A stretch of DNA of 64,000 nt from an uncultured delta proteobacterium (GCA_963782055.1 CAWAIF010000003.1:3008001-3072000); one strand, 5' to 3'. Shown: positions 51,748 to 61,509, numbered from the stretch's first letter. Notes: generated by a model not told the origin, from the letters alone. Made by a program: numbers and translations.

Positions 51748-52512
51748 TCAACCTTGCGGCTTCGGCTGCCCCCACCGGGCGGGCCAGTACGGCGGCTCGC
51801 GGTCGGGCACCTCGGTGGAGCCAGCGCGCTTGCGGCCGCCCTGGATCATCTCGAACACGCGCGTCGCGCCCACCGGCTTGCCGTTGCGTCCGACCACGCC
51901 CATGTCGCGGAGCGCCTCGACAATCTCGCGGATCTTGCGGCCGCTCTGGCGCATGGCGCGCACCACCGCGATGACGTCCTGCTCGCGCTCGTCGGGGACG
52001 AGCGTCTTCTTGTCCTCGCCCAGGCGGTAGCCCCAGGGGCAGCGGCCGGCGGCCTCCCCGCGGGCGCGCTTCATCGCCACCGCGGCGCGGCTGCGCAGGC
52101 GCGCGGCGGCGCGCTCGAACTCGGCGAAGGCGCCGACAAGCTTCGCCGCTTCCTCGGGCGTCTCGCGATCGCCTCGAGCCCACTGCAGCCGCGCGCCGTG
52201 CCTGGCCGCGAGGTGCGCGATGAGCGCGAGGGTCACCGGCGTCCGCGCCAGCCTGTCCCGGGAGGCGACCACCAGCACCGGCGCCTGCTTCGTCTTGAGG
52301 GCGAGCACCGCGGCGAGCAGTCCCTTGCGCTCGTCGACGGGCGCCGCGTCGTCCTGCCCGTCGTCCAGGTGCCACGCCACGATGCGCGCGCCGGTCGTCC
52401 TGGCCCAGCCGCGGATCGCCTCCCGCTGAGCCTCGGAGGAGGGGGAGCGCTCGCCCTTTCCGGTCCTCAGGTAGGCGATGGCCGGGGTGGCGGTGAGCTC
52501 GGGCGCGGGCAC
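51748..52512 (-). CDS. Serine recombinase (resolvase)-like protein lacking the canonical catalytic Ser
   Basis: AIAYLRTG in place of YxRVS; DRLAR; AFAEFER; GRCPWGYR; PDEREQDVI. Confidence 0.8.
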   Translation of the reverse strand: MPAPELTATPAIAYLRTGKGERSPSSEAQREAIRGWARTTGARIVAWHLDDGQDDAAPVDERKGLLAAVLALKTKQAPVLVVASRDRLARTPVTLALIAHLAARHGARLQWARGDRETPEEAAKLVGAFAEFERAAARLRSRAAVAMKRARGEAAGRCPWGYRLGEDKKTLVPDEREQDVIAVVRAMRQSGRKIREIVEALRDMGVVGRNGKPVGATRVFEMIQGGRKRAGSTEVPDREPPYWPARWGQPKPQG

Positions 52513-52553
52513 GGCTCATTGTACGAGCCGCCGGCTGCGCTAGGCTAGCGCCA

Positions 52554-53579
52554 ATGGTCGCCGCGCCGGAGGTCGAGGAAGAGCTGCTGCTGCCGCCGGC
52601 GGACGGCGACGAAGACGACAACGAAGCGCTCGGCGACGCCGAGGACGCCGACGACGTCACCGTCCCGGGCGACGCGCACGACCCCTACGACGATGCCCTC
52701 GCCGACGAGAGCGCCTTCGCCGACCCGATCGACGTCGTGGAGGAGGCGAGCGCGCTGGGCGACGACGAGACGGGCGTCGGTGACGACGCGGGGGACGCGG
52801 TCGCCGCGCGCGAGGAGACCGGCCTGCTCGGCGATGACGACCCGCTCGGCGTGGAGGGCGAGGACTTCGGCCTGGAGGAGGACCCGCGCGACGGCGAGAA
52901 GGACTCCGGCGAGGAGGGCTTCGAGGAGGCGGAGGAGGAGCTGCGCGCCGAGGACCTGCCCGACCTGGACGCCGACGAGGAGGGCGAGGCGGAGGACGAC
53001 CTCTTCTTCGAGGACCTGCCGCGGGAGGGCGAGGGTCTACCGTGGGACGACCGCGGGTGGGACGTCGCCTTCGCCGGCGCCATCGGCAACGTGACGCGCC
53101 TGCGCGTGCACGCCGCCGTGGAGGCGTGGCTCGCCGACGGGCGGATGCTCCGGCTGCGCGACGCGACCGCCACCTTCACCACGGCCGACGATCAGGAGCC
53201 CGAGCCCCACGACGATGCGCTGGTGGTCAAGGGCCGCGTCCGGGCGATGCTCCGGGAGGGCACCGGCGTGCTGCGCGCGCTCGGTGAGGGCCCGCTCGTG
53301 CCGCTCGCGGGCACCGCGGAGGCGACGGGCTTCGACCTGCGCGGCAACGACGGCGAGGTGGTCGCGGCGGTGCCCGCGCCGGAGGGCCGCGTGCTGCTCA
53401 TCCTGATCAGCGCGGAGGGCGACACGCGCGTCGTGGCGGACGTGAGCGCCACCGCCGACGCCGCGGGGGAGGACGCTCGCGTGGCGGCGGTCGCGGCGGA
53501 CGCCCGCGGCAAGGTGTGGGTCGGCGGCCCCTTCGGCGTGCTGGCCTTCGTGCCTCGCCCGCGTCGCGCGCCGCAGTAA
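52554..53579 (+). CDS. Hypothetical protein with a very acidic N-terminal half
   Basis: D/E-rich first half, beta-rich C-terminus (GKVWVGGPFG); GC3-rich codons. Confidence 0.7.
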   Translation: MVAAPEVEEELLLPPADGDEDDNEALGDAEDADDVTVPGDAHDPYDDALADESAFADPIDVVEEASALGDDETGVGDDAGDAVAAREETGLLGDDDPLGVEGEDFGLEEDPRDGEKDSGEEGFEEAEEELRAEDLPDLDADEEGEAEDDLFFEDLPREGEGLPWDDRGWDVAFAGAIGNVTRLRVHAAVEAWLADGRMLRLRDATATFTTADDQEPEPHDDALVVKGRVRAMLREGTGVLRALGEGPLVPLAGTAEATGFDLRGNDGEVVAAVPAPEGRVLLILISAEGDTRVVADVSATADAAGEDARVAAVAADARGKVWVGGPFGVLAFVPRPRRAPQ

Positions 53580-53618
53580 GTTGTTCCTGCTCGCCCGGGC
53601 GTGATACCGCGTCGTCCC

Positions 53619-54806
53619 ATGGCCATCATCGTCCAGAAATACGGGGGATCGTCGGTGGCGGACGTCGAGAAGCTCGGCCAGGTCGCCGACAAGGTGGTCG
53701 CCACGCGTCGCGCCGGCTTCGACGTCGTCGTGGTGGTCAGCGCGATGGGCAAGACCACCGACGAGCTCATCGCCCTCGCGCGTCGCGTGTCGAAGGACCC
53801 GCCGCGGCGCGAGCTGGACATGCTGGTGACCACCGGCGAGCGCGTCTCGATGGCCCTGCTCGCCACCGCCATCCACGCCCGCGGCGAGGCGGCCATCAGC
53901 TTCACCGGCAGCCAGTCGGGGATCATCACGAGCGATCGCCACTTCGACGCGCGCATCATCGAGGTGCGCCCCCACCGGATCGAGGACGAGCTCGACCGCG
54001 GCAAGGTGGTCATCGTCGCCGGCTACCAGGGCATGAGCTACAAGCGCGAGATCACCACGCTCGGCCGCGGCGGCTCCGACACCACCGCCGTGGCCCTCGC
54101 CGCGGCGCTGGGGGCCGAGCGCTGCGAGATCTACAGCGACGTGGACGGCGTCTACTCCGCGGACCCGCGCGTGGTGGCGGAGGCGAAGCACCTGCCGGAG
54201 GTGGACCTCGCCATGCTGCAGGAGATGGCGGAGGCCGGCGCCAAGGTGCTCAACGCGCAGGCGGTGGAGTGGGCGCGCCGCGCGAAGGTGGCGCTCTTCG
54301 CGCGCAGGACGGCGGACATGATCGGGCCGAGCGGCCACCCGGCGAAGCAGACGGTCGCGCGGGAGATCGCCCCGCCGAAGGACCACCTGGCGCGCGCGGT
54401 CGTCGGCATGGACCGCGTCGTGCGGATCACCTGCGCGACCCTCCACCTCGCGCGCTTCGCCGAGGCCGCCGCCGCGCTCGAGCTTCCCCTCCTCGACGTG
54501 AGCGCCGCCGGCGCGGAGGCGACGGCCCTCGTCCCCCTCCTCAACGTGCCCGACTGGGACCACCGCCGCGCGCGGCTGGAGCAGGAGCTGGGCAAGACGG
54601 TGGCGCTGCAGGAGGGCTGCGCGGTCGCGAGCGTGGTGGGAAACGGCCTCACCGCCGGCGGCGGGCTGGGCCGCTTCCTGGCCGTGCTGGAAGGCGCCGG
54701 CGCGCCGTGCTCCTCCGTCTTCGCCGGCCCGCTGCGCCTCGCCGCCACCATCCCCTCCGAGAAGCTCGGCGACGTCCAGCGCGCCCTCCACGCCGCCTTC
54801 GTCTGA
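53619..54806 (+). CDS. lysC: Aspartate kinase
   Basis: [48 protein letters not shown]. Confidence 0.95.
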   Translation: MAIIVQKYGGSSVADVEKLGQVADKVVATRRAGFDVVVVVSAMGKTTDELIALARRVSKDPPRRELDMLVTTGERVSMALLATAIHARGEAAISFTGSQSGIITSDRHFDARIIEVRPHRIEDELDRGKVVIVAGYQGMSYKREITTLGRGGSDTTAVALAAALGAERCEIYSDVDGVYSADPRVVAEAKHLPEVDLAMLQEMAEAGAKVLNAQAVEWARRAKVALFARRTADMIGPSGHPAKQTVAREIAPPKDHLARAVVGMDRVVRITCATLHLARFAEAAAALELPLLDVSAAGAEATALVPLLNVPDWDHRRARLEQELGKTVALQEGCAVASVVGNGLTAGGGLGRFLAVLEGAGAPCSSVFAGPLRLAATIPSEKLGDVQRALHAAFV

Positions 54807-54901
54807 TCCGGGCTCTTTCTCGGCCTCCGCTGCGTCCGCGGAGGGGGCGCGGGGGGTGGTCCTTGCGCGGGGTGTCGGGCCGCGGTAACACGCCCGAGCC
54901 C

Positions 54902-55816
54902 GTGGCCGAAGCCCCCCTCAAGAAGAAGAAGAAGCGCAGCGCGGCCGCCGTCCAGAAGGAGCTGCGCGAGCTCTCCAAGCCGTCCGATCGCCCGCCGGTC
55001 GACCTGAAGAAGCTCTACGTCCGCGTCGGCGCGGGGATCGTGGTGGGCTGGATCATCGCCATCGGCCTCTGGTCGTGGCTGCGCAGCGGCTGGCCGCTCA
55101 TCGTCGCCGCGGCGGCGACCGCCGGCGTGATCGGCGTGGGCATCTGGCTCGTCCGCTACACCAAGAAGAGCGAGGCGCTCGGCGCCATCCTGCGCTCCGC
55201 CGAGACGGACGAGGGCCGCAAGGAGGCGCTCAAGCGCCTGGAGACCGACTTCAAGAAGGGCGACACGCAGGCCACCATCGCCCGCGCGCAGCTCGAGATG
55301 CAGGACGACCCCCGCAAGGCGCTGGAGACGCTCGAGGGCATCAACCTGGACAAGATCATGACGCCCATGGCGGACCAGGTGCGCGCGCTCCGCGCGATGA
55401 TCCACCTCACCGTGGGCGAGACCGCCAAGGCGCGCGCCCTGGCCGATCAGCTCGAGCTGGGCAAGCAGCAGGAGCCGAAGACACGCGCCATGTTCGCGAC
55501 CGTGGCGGGTGAGGCGTGGGCCCGCACCGGGGCGGCGAAGAAGGCGGTGGAGACGCTGGAGCTCTTCAACCCGGAGGACCCGGGCAACGAGGAGATGCGC
55601 ATCCAGATGTGGCGCGCCCGCGCGTTCGCCTACGCGGCCAACGGGGACATGAAGGCCGCCGAGCGCGCCCTCAAGAAGCTCGCGGAGGCGAACCCGCACC
55701 TGCTCGCCATGTTCGTGGGCAACAAGAAGGTGCACCCGCTGCTGGAGCGCGCCGCCAAGCAAATCCTCATGCGCAGCGGCGCCGTCCCGCGCAAGATGGT
55801 CCGCCAGCGGATGTAG
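54902..55816 (+). CDS. Membrane-anchored TPR-like protein
   Basis: Two transmembrane segments followed by helical repeats; the ORF track frame is over-extended upstream. Confidence 0.75.
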   Translation: MAEAPLKKKKKRSAAAVQKELRELSKPSDRPPVDLKKLYVRVGAGIVVGWIIAIGLWSWLRSGWPLIVAAAATAGVIGVGIWLVRYTKKSEALGAILRSAETDEGRKEALKRLETDFKKGDTQATIARAQLEMQDDPRKALETLEGINLDKIMTPMADQVRALRAMIHLTVGETAKARALADQLELGKQQEPKTRAMFATVAGEAWARTGAAKKAVETLELFNPEDPGNEEMRIQMWRARAFAYAANGDMKAAERALKKLAEANPHLLAMFVGNKKVHPLLERAAKQILMRSGAVPRKMVRQRM

Positions 55817-55978
55817 TCACCCGCGCTCGCGCGCGGTCGGCACGCGACGCCGCGGCAGCGCCCCGGCGAGGAGCGTGACGGCGCGGGCGATCTCCTGCTC
55901 GTCGAGCGGCGCGAAGCCCAGGCGCAGGTACGGCTTCGGGCGCCCGTCGAAGGTGAAGCGGCTCGCCGCGTGCACGAG
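55817..55978 (-). pseudogene. 3' remnant of a MocR/GntR-PLP (aminotransferase-domain) regulator
   Basis: Manual translation LVHAASRFTFDGRPKPYLRLGFAPLDEQEIARAVTLLAGAL...* shows the class I PLP-fold C-terminal RLGF motif; no upstream continuation. Confidence 0.72.
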
Positions 55979-55986
55979 GTCGCGAG

Positions 55987-56843
55987 GTGGTGGTCTCCGC
56001 CGAGGAGGTCGTCGCCCCCATCCCGAGCTACTTCGTCGATCCCCGCCGCGCCTGCCCGGCCACGACGCTGTACCGCTCGGTGCAGGTGCACGGCGTGCTG
56101 CGGGAGGTGACGGGCGGCCCCGCGAAGGCGGCCGCCCTGCGCGCCCTTCTCGCGAAGCACCAGCCGGAGGGCGGCTTCGTCCCGGTGCACGAGGAGGACC
56201 CGCTCTACGCGAAGACCATCGCCGGCCTGCTGGTGCTCGCGGTCTCTCTCGAGCGGCTGGACGGCAAGCGGAAGCTCGGCCACAACCGCACGCCTCCGGA
56301 GCGCGCGCGGATGGTCGAGCACATGTGGCGGCGCGGCGCGCCGGGGGACGCGCGGGCGATCGACCTGGTCCTGGACGCGTGCGACGACACCCCGCTCCCC
56401 GCCTTCCTGCGCGGACCCGACGGCGTACGCCTGCGATGCGCCCTCCGACCAGAGGACGCGGGCGAGACCGCCGCGCTGCTGGAGGGTGCGTACTGGAACA
56501 ATCGCTTCACCCGCGCCGAGCTCGCGCGTGCCCAGTCGGGGTCGGTCGCGTGGGTCGGCGCGCGCGACGCGACCGGCGCGCTGATCGCGTCGGCGCGCGC
56601 CATCTCCGACGGCGCCAAGCACGCCTGGTCTACGACGTGATCGTCGCTCCGTCGTGGCGTGGCCGGCGTCTGGGCGACGCGGTGCTGCGTCTGCTCCTCG
56701 ACCACCCCGCCGTCCGCGGCTGCCGCTTCGTGCACCTGGGCACCCGCGACGCCCAGGGGTTCTACGCGCGCCTCGGCTTCCGCCCGCGCGACGAGCTGCC
56801 TCCGCGCCTCTACCCGACGACGACGATGACCCTGGTGCGATAG
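55987..56843 (+). pseudogene. 5'-truncated FMN-binding split-barrel (PaiB/PNPOx-like)-GNAT fusion, frameshifted at about 56628
   Basis: IPSYF...ACPATTLYRSVQVHG...DGKRKLGHNR; GNAT part ARAISDGAKHAW|VYDVIVAPSWRGRRLG...AQGFYARLGF split over two frames. Confidence 0.78.
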
Positions 56844-56895
56844 GCCGCACAACGCTCCTCCACCCCGGGCCGAAGGGCGGGGCAGGAGGTATCCC

Positions 56896-57708
56896 ATGAG
56901 CAACGTTTCCGGAGTGCGGCAGGCCAACGCGTACGGCGATCAGGACATCGACGGGATCGCGGGCAACGAGCAGGTGTCCACCAACACCGCCATCAACAGC
57001 ATCGCCAACCACGCCGGCGTCGGTCGCGATGTGAGCGTCCGCGGCGACGACAGGTCGGAGCGAGAGATCCACGCCGAGCACAAGCGGGAGCAGGGCAAGG
57101 ACGGCGCCGAGGAGCTGGCGGCGCATGGCGTATACGAGTACGGGGTCACCCCCCTGGTCGGGCACGTCCTGGGCGCCGTGGCCGAGGGGGCGCTGTTGCC
57201 CGCCGGCCTCGTCGTGGCCGGCGCGATGATGATGATGAACGTGGGCGAGGACGGCCAGGTCGGCGCGGAGCGCGCCAACGCCAACGTGCGCGATCAGATG
57301 CACGTGATGATCCTCGGCACCCTGAACGGCCTGCCGCAGGCCTACGTCGACAAGGAGATGGGCCGCTACACCGCCGACCAGAAGAACAGCAGCTTCGTCG
57401 GCCGGATGAACGCCGACCTCGGCAAGAACGTCGCCGACCAGCAGGCGATGGCGGTCATCCAGCTCCATGGCGATCAGGGGATGAACGCCGCCCGGCAGAT
57501 GTGCGACGCCAGGACGGACAAGGATGCCTACATGAAGGCGCACCCCGACGTGGCCAAGCGCTACGCCCAGGACGCAGCCTTCCGCTACGGCTTCGACGGC
57601 GTGGTCTTCGCCCAGCAGCAGGGGCCTGACGCCTACAAGGACGTGATCGTCGGCCTCCAGGCTCGCGACGCGCGCTACACCGCGCACCACGTGGCGGTGC
57701 AGGGATGA
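56896..57708 (+). CDS. Hypothetical protein with a central hydrophobic Gly/Ala-rich segment
   Basis: AGGAGGT RBS; no signal peptide; VTPLVGHVLGAVAEGALLPAGLVVAGAMMMM. Confidence 0.8.
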   Translation: MSNVSGVRQANAYGDQDIDGIAGNEQVSTNTAINSIANHAGVGRDVSVRGDDRSEREIHAEHKREQGKDGAEELAAHGVYEYGVTPLVGHVLGAVAEGALLPAGLVVAGAMMMMNVGEDGQVGAERANANVRDQMHVMILGTLNGLPQAYVDKEMGRYTADQKNSSFVGRMNADLGKNVADQQAMAVIQLHGDQGMNAARQMCDARTDKDAYMKAHPDVAKRYAQDAAFRYGFDGVVFAQQQGPDAYKDVIVGLQARDARYTAHHVAVQG

Positions 57709-57980
57709 CCTCCGCGCAGCCCTGGCTGGGTCCGAAGATGCGACGTCTGGGCCGCAGCCTGCTCGTCGGCAGCGCCCTGTACATCTGGGCCGAAAGGTCC
57801 TGGTGGATGGTTGCCGTCTGCGGAATCGTCGCTGCAGCCTACGCCGTGCTTGCGGTGTTCTCCCCCGCGATGGCGTCGGACTGGGCGCCGGGGCGCGCGT
57901 GGCTCCGGTGGCGCGAGCGCCGGCTGGCGCTGAAGGTGGCGGCGATGGAGCGCCGGCTCACCACGCTGGAGGTGCGGTGA
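57705..57980 (+). CDS. Small membrane protein
   Basis: ATGA overlap; two hydrophobic segments, then GRAWLRWRER. Confidence 0.62.
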   Translation: MTSAQPWLGPKMRRLGRSLLVGSALYIWAERSWWMVAVCGIVAAAYAVLAVFSPAMASDWAPGRAWLRWRERRLALKVAAMERRLTTLEVR

Positions 57981-58390
57981 TGGTCGACACAGTCGTCGTC
58001 GGCTGGCTCATGCGCCACGGCTGGTCGGAGCGCTGGCATGTCTGGTCACTCGACCACGCCGGGCTGATGGTGCTCGCGTCGGTGGGGTGCTTGCTCGTGT
58101 CGATGATCCTGCACCTCCTCCTGTCGCCGCCGCTCGTGCGGCGAACGTGGCTCGGCCGCGCGTGGCTCCGGTGGGAGCGCGAGCGAGTCGGGGCGGAGGC
58201 GCTCGCCCTCGAGCAATCGGTGATCGGGGTTCGGGTGCCGGCGATCCCCGGCAGCTCCGGCTCGGTGTACCGCACACCCTCGGTGCCCGCCGACGCCATG
58301 CTCCCGCCGGCCCCGCCGGGCGCTCCTCACCCGGCGTGGCGCGCGCGCCGTCACGCACAGACGCGCGCGCTGCTGAACCGGGGGCGCTAG
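57980..58390 (+). CDS. Small membrane protein related to 57705-57980
   Basis: TGATG overlap and GGAGG RBS; transmembrane segment, then GRAWLRWERER. Confidence 0.6.
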   Translation: MVDTVVVGWLMRHGWSERWHVWSLDHAGLMVLASVGCLLVSMILHLLLSPPLVRRTWLGRAWLRWERERVGAEALALEQSVIGVRVPAIPGSSGSVYRTPSVPADAMLPPAPPGAPHPAWRARRHAQTRALLNRGR

Positions 58391-58400
58391 CCCGCGCGGG

Positions 58401-60383
58401 TCAGCCGATGCCGGCCAGGTTCGCGCGGGCGAGCGGGCGCAGCGCGACCTCCGGGAGCAGCTCGGCGAAGCTCACCACCGTCAGCTCGGGCATCTCGGCG
58501 TCCACCAGCTTGCGCACGAAGCGCCGGATGTCCGGCTGCGTCAGCACCACCGCCGCGCCCCGCTCGCTCTCCGCGCGCGCCTCGGTCACCGCGCGTCGCA
58601 CCGAGGCGATGACGTCGCGCGCCGCCGCCGGCGCCAGCGTGAGGAAGGCGCCGTTGGGCGTGCGGGTGATCGCGCGCCGTACCGTGTCCTCGATGGTCGG
58701 GTCGATGAGGATGACGCCCAGGTGGTCCGAGCCGCGCGTCAGCTTGAAGGTGATGGCGCGCCGGAGCTGCGCGCGCACGAACTCGGCGAGGTTGAGCGGG
58801 TCCTTCTCGCTCCCGGCGACGACCGAGAGCGCCTCCAGGATGGCGCGCAGATCGCGCACGCTCACGCGCTCCTCCACCAGCCGGCGAAGCACGTCGGCCA
58901 GCAGCGTGAGGGAGACCGGCTTGGGCACGACGTTGCGCACGACGGCCGGAGTGTACTGCTCCAGCTCGTCCAGCAGCCGCTGCGTCTCGTTGAGGCCGAG
59001 GAAGTCCGCGGCGCGCGCGCGCAGGAGCCCCGCGACGTGGTCGGCGACGACGCCGGGCACCTCCTCGTCGGGCACCTCGTCGGGGATGGGCAGGAGCTTC
59101 GCCGGGACCTCGTGCAGCGAGACGACGACGTGGCGCGCGGGCAGGCCGCTCACCGCGCGCACGCGCGGGGCGGGCAGGGGGACGCCCAGCTCGCCGAAGA
59201 CGCTCTCGCGCAGGGTGAGCACGCGCCCCCGGATCCCCGGGGCCTCGCCCTCGCTGGTGCTCACCGGCTCCAGCAGGGCGACCAGGTCCTCGCTCACCTC
59301 CACGCTCCACGGCACCACCACCGGGACGAACTGCGGGCCGCGCCGCGTCTGCGGCTGGGGTGTCGGCTCGGTGGCGGCGCGCTGCGCCTCCCGCGCGAGC
59401 TGCTTCGTCCGGCTGCGCGCGATGAGGAAGAGGATGACGGCGAGGAGCAGGAAGGGCGCCGTGGGCAGCCCGGGGACGATCGCCAGGCCCAGCACGAAGA
59501 AGGAGGCGACGCGGATGGCCTTGGGGGTACCGAAGAGCTGGCGCGAGAGCTCCTCGCCGAGCGGGGTGTCCGGCTCTTCGCTCGCCGTGCGCGTCACGAG
59601 CACCCCCGCGGCCGTGGAGAGCACCAGCGCGGGGATCTGCGAGACCAGGCCGTCGCCGATGGTCAGCAGGCCGTAGCGCTTGAGGGCGAAGACGGCGGAG
59701 AGGTCCTTCTGCCCGACGCCGATGGCGAGGCCGGCCAGGATGTTGATGACGGTGATGACGAGCGACGCGATGACGTCGCCCTTGACGAACTTCATCGCCC
59801 CGTCCATCGACCCGTAGAACTGGCTCTCGCGAGCGAGCAGGCGGCGGCGGCGGCGCGCCTCGTTGCCGTCGATGGAGCCGCTGCGCAGCTCTGCGTCGAT
59901 GGCCATCTGCTTGCCGGGCATGGCGTCCAGCACGAAGCGCGCCCCCACCTCGGCCACCCGCTCGCCGCCCTTGGCGATGACGACGAACTGGATGACGGTG
60001 AGCACCAAGAAGACGACGGCGCCCACGACGTAGTTGCCCCGCACCACGAAGTTGCCGAACGCGCGGATGACCTCCCCGGCGTTGGCCTGCAGGAGGATGA
60101 GCCGGCACGATGAGACGTTCAGCCCCAGCCGGAAGAGGGTGGTGAGCAGCAGGACCGTGGGGAAGGTCGCGATGGCGATGGCGTCCGGCACGTAGAGAAC
60201 GACCAGCAGGATGGCGACCGACATGGAGAGGTTGGTCGCGATGAGAATGTCCAGCAGCCACGTGGGCAGCGGCACGATCATCATGGCCACGACGGCGATG
60301 ACGAGGACCGCCAGGGCCACGTCCGCCATTCCGAGACCCTTGCCCCCGCGGGAGAGGAGCGCCATCCTGCTGGATTTCGCCAC
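58401..60383 (-). CDS. sctV: Type III export gate protein (FHIPEP family, SctV/FlhA); start GTG 60383 or ATG 60365
   Basis: FPTVLLLTTLFRLGLNVSS, ERVAEVGARFVLDAMPGKQMAIDAEL, FYGSMDGAMKFVKGD, LTIGDGLVSQIPAL, LVEERVSVRDLR. Confidence 0.93.
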   Translation of the reverse strand: MAKSSRMALLSRGGKGLGMADVALAVLVIAVVAMMIVPLPTWLLDILIATNLSMSVAILLVVLYVPDAIAIATFPTVLLLTTLFRLGLNVSSCRLILLQANAGEVIRAFGNFVVRGNYVVGAVVFLVLTVIQFVVIAKGGERVAEVGARFVLDAMPGKQMAIDAELRSGSIDGNEARRRRRLLARESQFYGSMDGAMKFVKGDVIASLVITVINILAGLAIGVGQKDLSAVFALKRYGLLTIGDGLVSQIPALVLSTAAGVLVTRTASEEPDTPLGEELSRQLFGTPKAIRVASFFVLGLAIVPGLPTAPFLLLAVILFLIARSRTKQLAREAQRAATEPTPQPQTRRGPQFVPVVVPWSVEVSEDLVALLEPVSTSEGEAPGIRGRVLTLRESVFGELGVPLPAPRVRAVSGLPARHVVVSLHEVPAKLLPIPDEVPDEEVPGVVADHVAGLLRARAADFLGLNETQRLLDELEQYTPAVVRNVVPKPVSLTLLADVLRRLVEERVSVRDLRAILEALSVVAGSEKDPLNLAEFVRAQLRRAITFKLTRGSDHLGVILIDPTIEDTVRRAITRTPNGAFLTLAPAAARDVIASVRRAVTEARAESERGAAVVLTQPDIRRFVRKLVDAEMPELTVVSFAELLPEVALRPLARANLAGIG

Positions 60384-60503
60384 GGCCGACCAAGGTAGCT
60401 GGGCTTGGGTACGGAGCCAAGCTCGGGTGAAAGTCACGAGCTCGGGGCGTTCTTGGCTATACTGGACCTTCGCATGACCGTCCGGCGCCGATCGAGCCAG
60501 CGC

Positions 60504-61280
60504 ATGCCACAGGTGCGCGCTCCGCTCTTCCAGTGGACCTCGTTCGGCGGGACCGACGTGGGGCGCAAGCGTGCGAGCAACGAGGACGCCTTCTTCGTCG
60601 ACGACAAGATGGGCCTCTTCGTCGTGGCCGACGGCATGGGCGGACACGCCGCCGGTGAGGTCGCCAGCCAGGAGGCGGTCGACACCGTCTACGGCATGGT
60701 CAAGCGAGGCGTGGCGGACCTGCGCGAGCTGTACGACCCGCTGGACGACGACGAGGTGCGGAAGGCCTGCCGCCTGATGGAGAGCGCGGTGCAGGCGGCG
60801 ACGTACATGGTCTACTCCATGGCCGAGCTCGACCGCGGCAAGAGCGGAATGGGCACCACCATCAGCGCGATGCTGCTGCGCGGGGCGTACGCGATCACCG
60901 CGCAGGTGGGCGACAGCCGCATCTACCGCGTCGTGGGCGACCAGGTGGAGCAGCTCACCGAGGACCACACCCTCATCGCGTGGCAGCTCAAGCAGGGGCT
61001 CATCACGCCGGCGGAGGCGAAGACGTCGCCGCACCGCAACGTGATCACGCGGGCGGTGGGCAACCGCGAGTACGTGGAGGTCGACACGCGCCTCATCGCC
61101 CTCGAGAAGGGGGACCGCTTCCTGCTGTGCAGCGACGGCCTGCACGGCTACCTGCGCGACGTGGACGTGGCGCCCATCGTGAAGCTGGGGGGGCAGGACG
61201 CGGTGAAGCGCTTCATCGAGCTGGCCAACGAGCGAGGCGGCAAGGACAACATCACCGCGGTGCTGGTGGAGCTGGACTAG
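60504..61280 (+). CDS. PP2C-type Ser/Thr phosphatase (Stp1-like); alternative start 60474
   Basis: TDVGRKRASNED, VADGMGGHAAGEVAS, QVGDSR, LTEDH, CSDGL, GGKDNIT. Confidence 0.94.
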   Translation: MPQVRAPLFQWTSFGGTDVGRKRASNEDAFFVDDKMGLFVVADGMGGHAAGEVASQEAVDTVYGMVKRGVADLRELYDPLDDDEVRKACRLMESAVQAATYMVYSMAELDRGKSGMGTTISAMLLRGAYAITAQVGDSRIYRVVGDQVEQLTEDHTLIAWQLKQGLITPAEAKTSPHRNVITRAVGNREYVEVDTRLIALEKGDRFLLCSDGLHGYLRDVDVAPIVKLGGQDAVKRFIELANERGGKDNITAVLVELD

Positions 61281-61509
61281 GGGCGCGGCCGCGCGTGCCG
61301 CCCCCGGAGAGCGGCCCCCGAAAAGTTGTATGCGTGTTGGCCGGCCTGCTAGGGGGTGATGCCAGAGTGCGTCGAACTTTCCTCTCCGCGGGCGCGAGGG
61401 CGCAGGGGCGTGGTCTTTGGGACACGTCACCGGCGGCGCCGGGGGCGGAAAGATGCGGTTTTTTGCCGGGCGCGCGGCGTGCAACGGCACGGCCCAGCGA
61501 GGAGAGACG

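Noticed and set aside
51748..52512. Recombinase as a marker of a mobile element or prophage
   Set aside because: No catalytic Ser, att-like repeats, cargo or compositional shift; the flanks are housekeeping genes.
51689..52660. 648-aa RimK with an N-terminal extension
   Set aside because: The extension is an alternative frame over the recombinase gene; RimK homology starts at ATG 51688.
58401..60383. Flagellar gene cluster
   Set aside because: No other flagellar genes in the window; FlhA versus SctV cannot be settled without a phylogeny.
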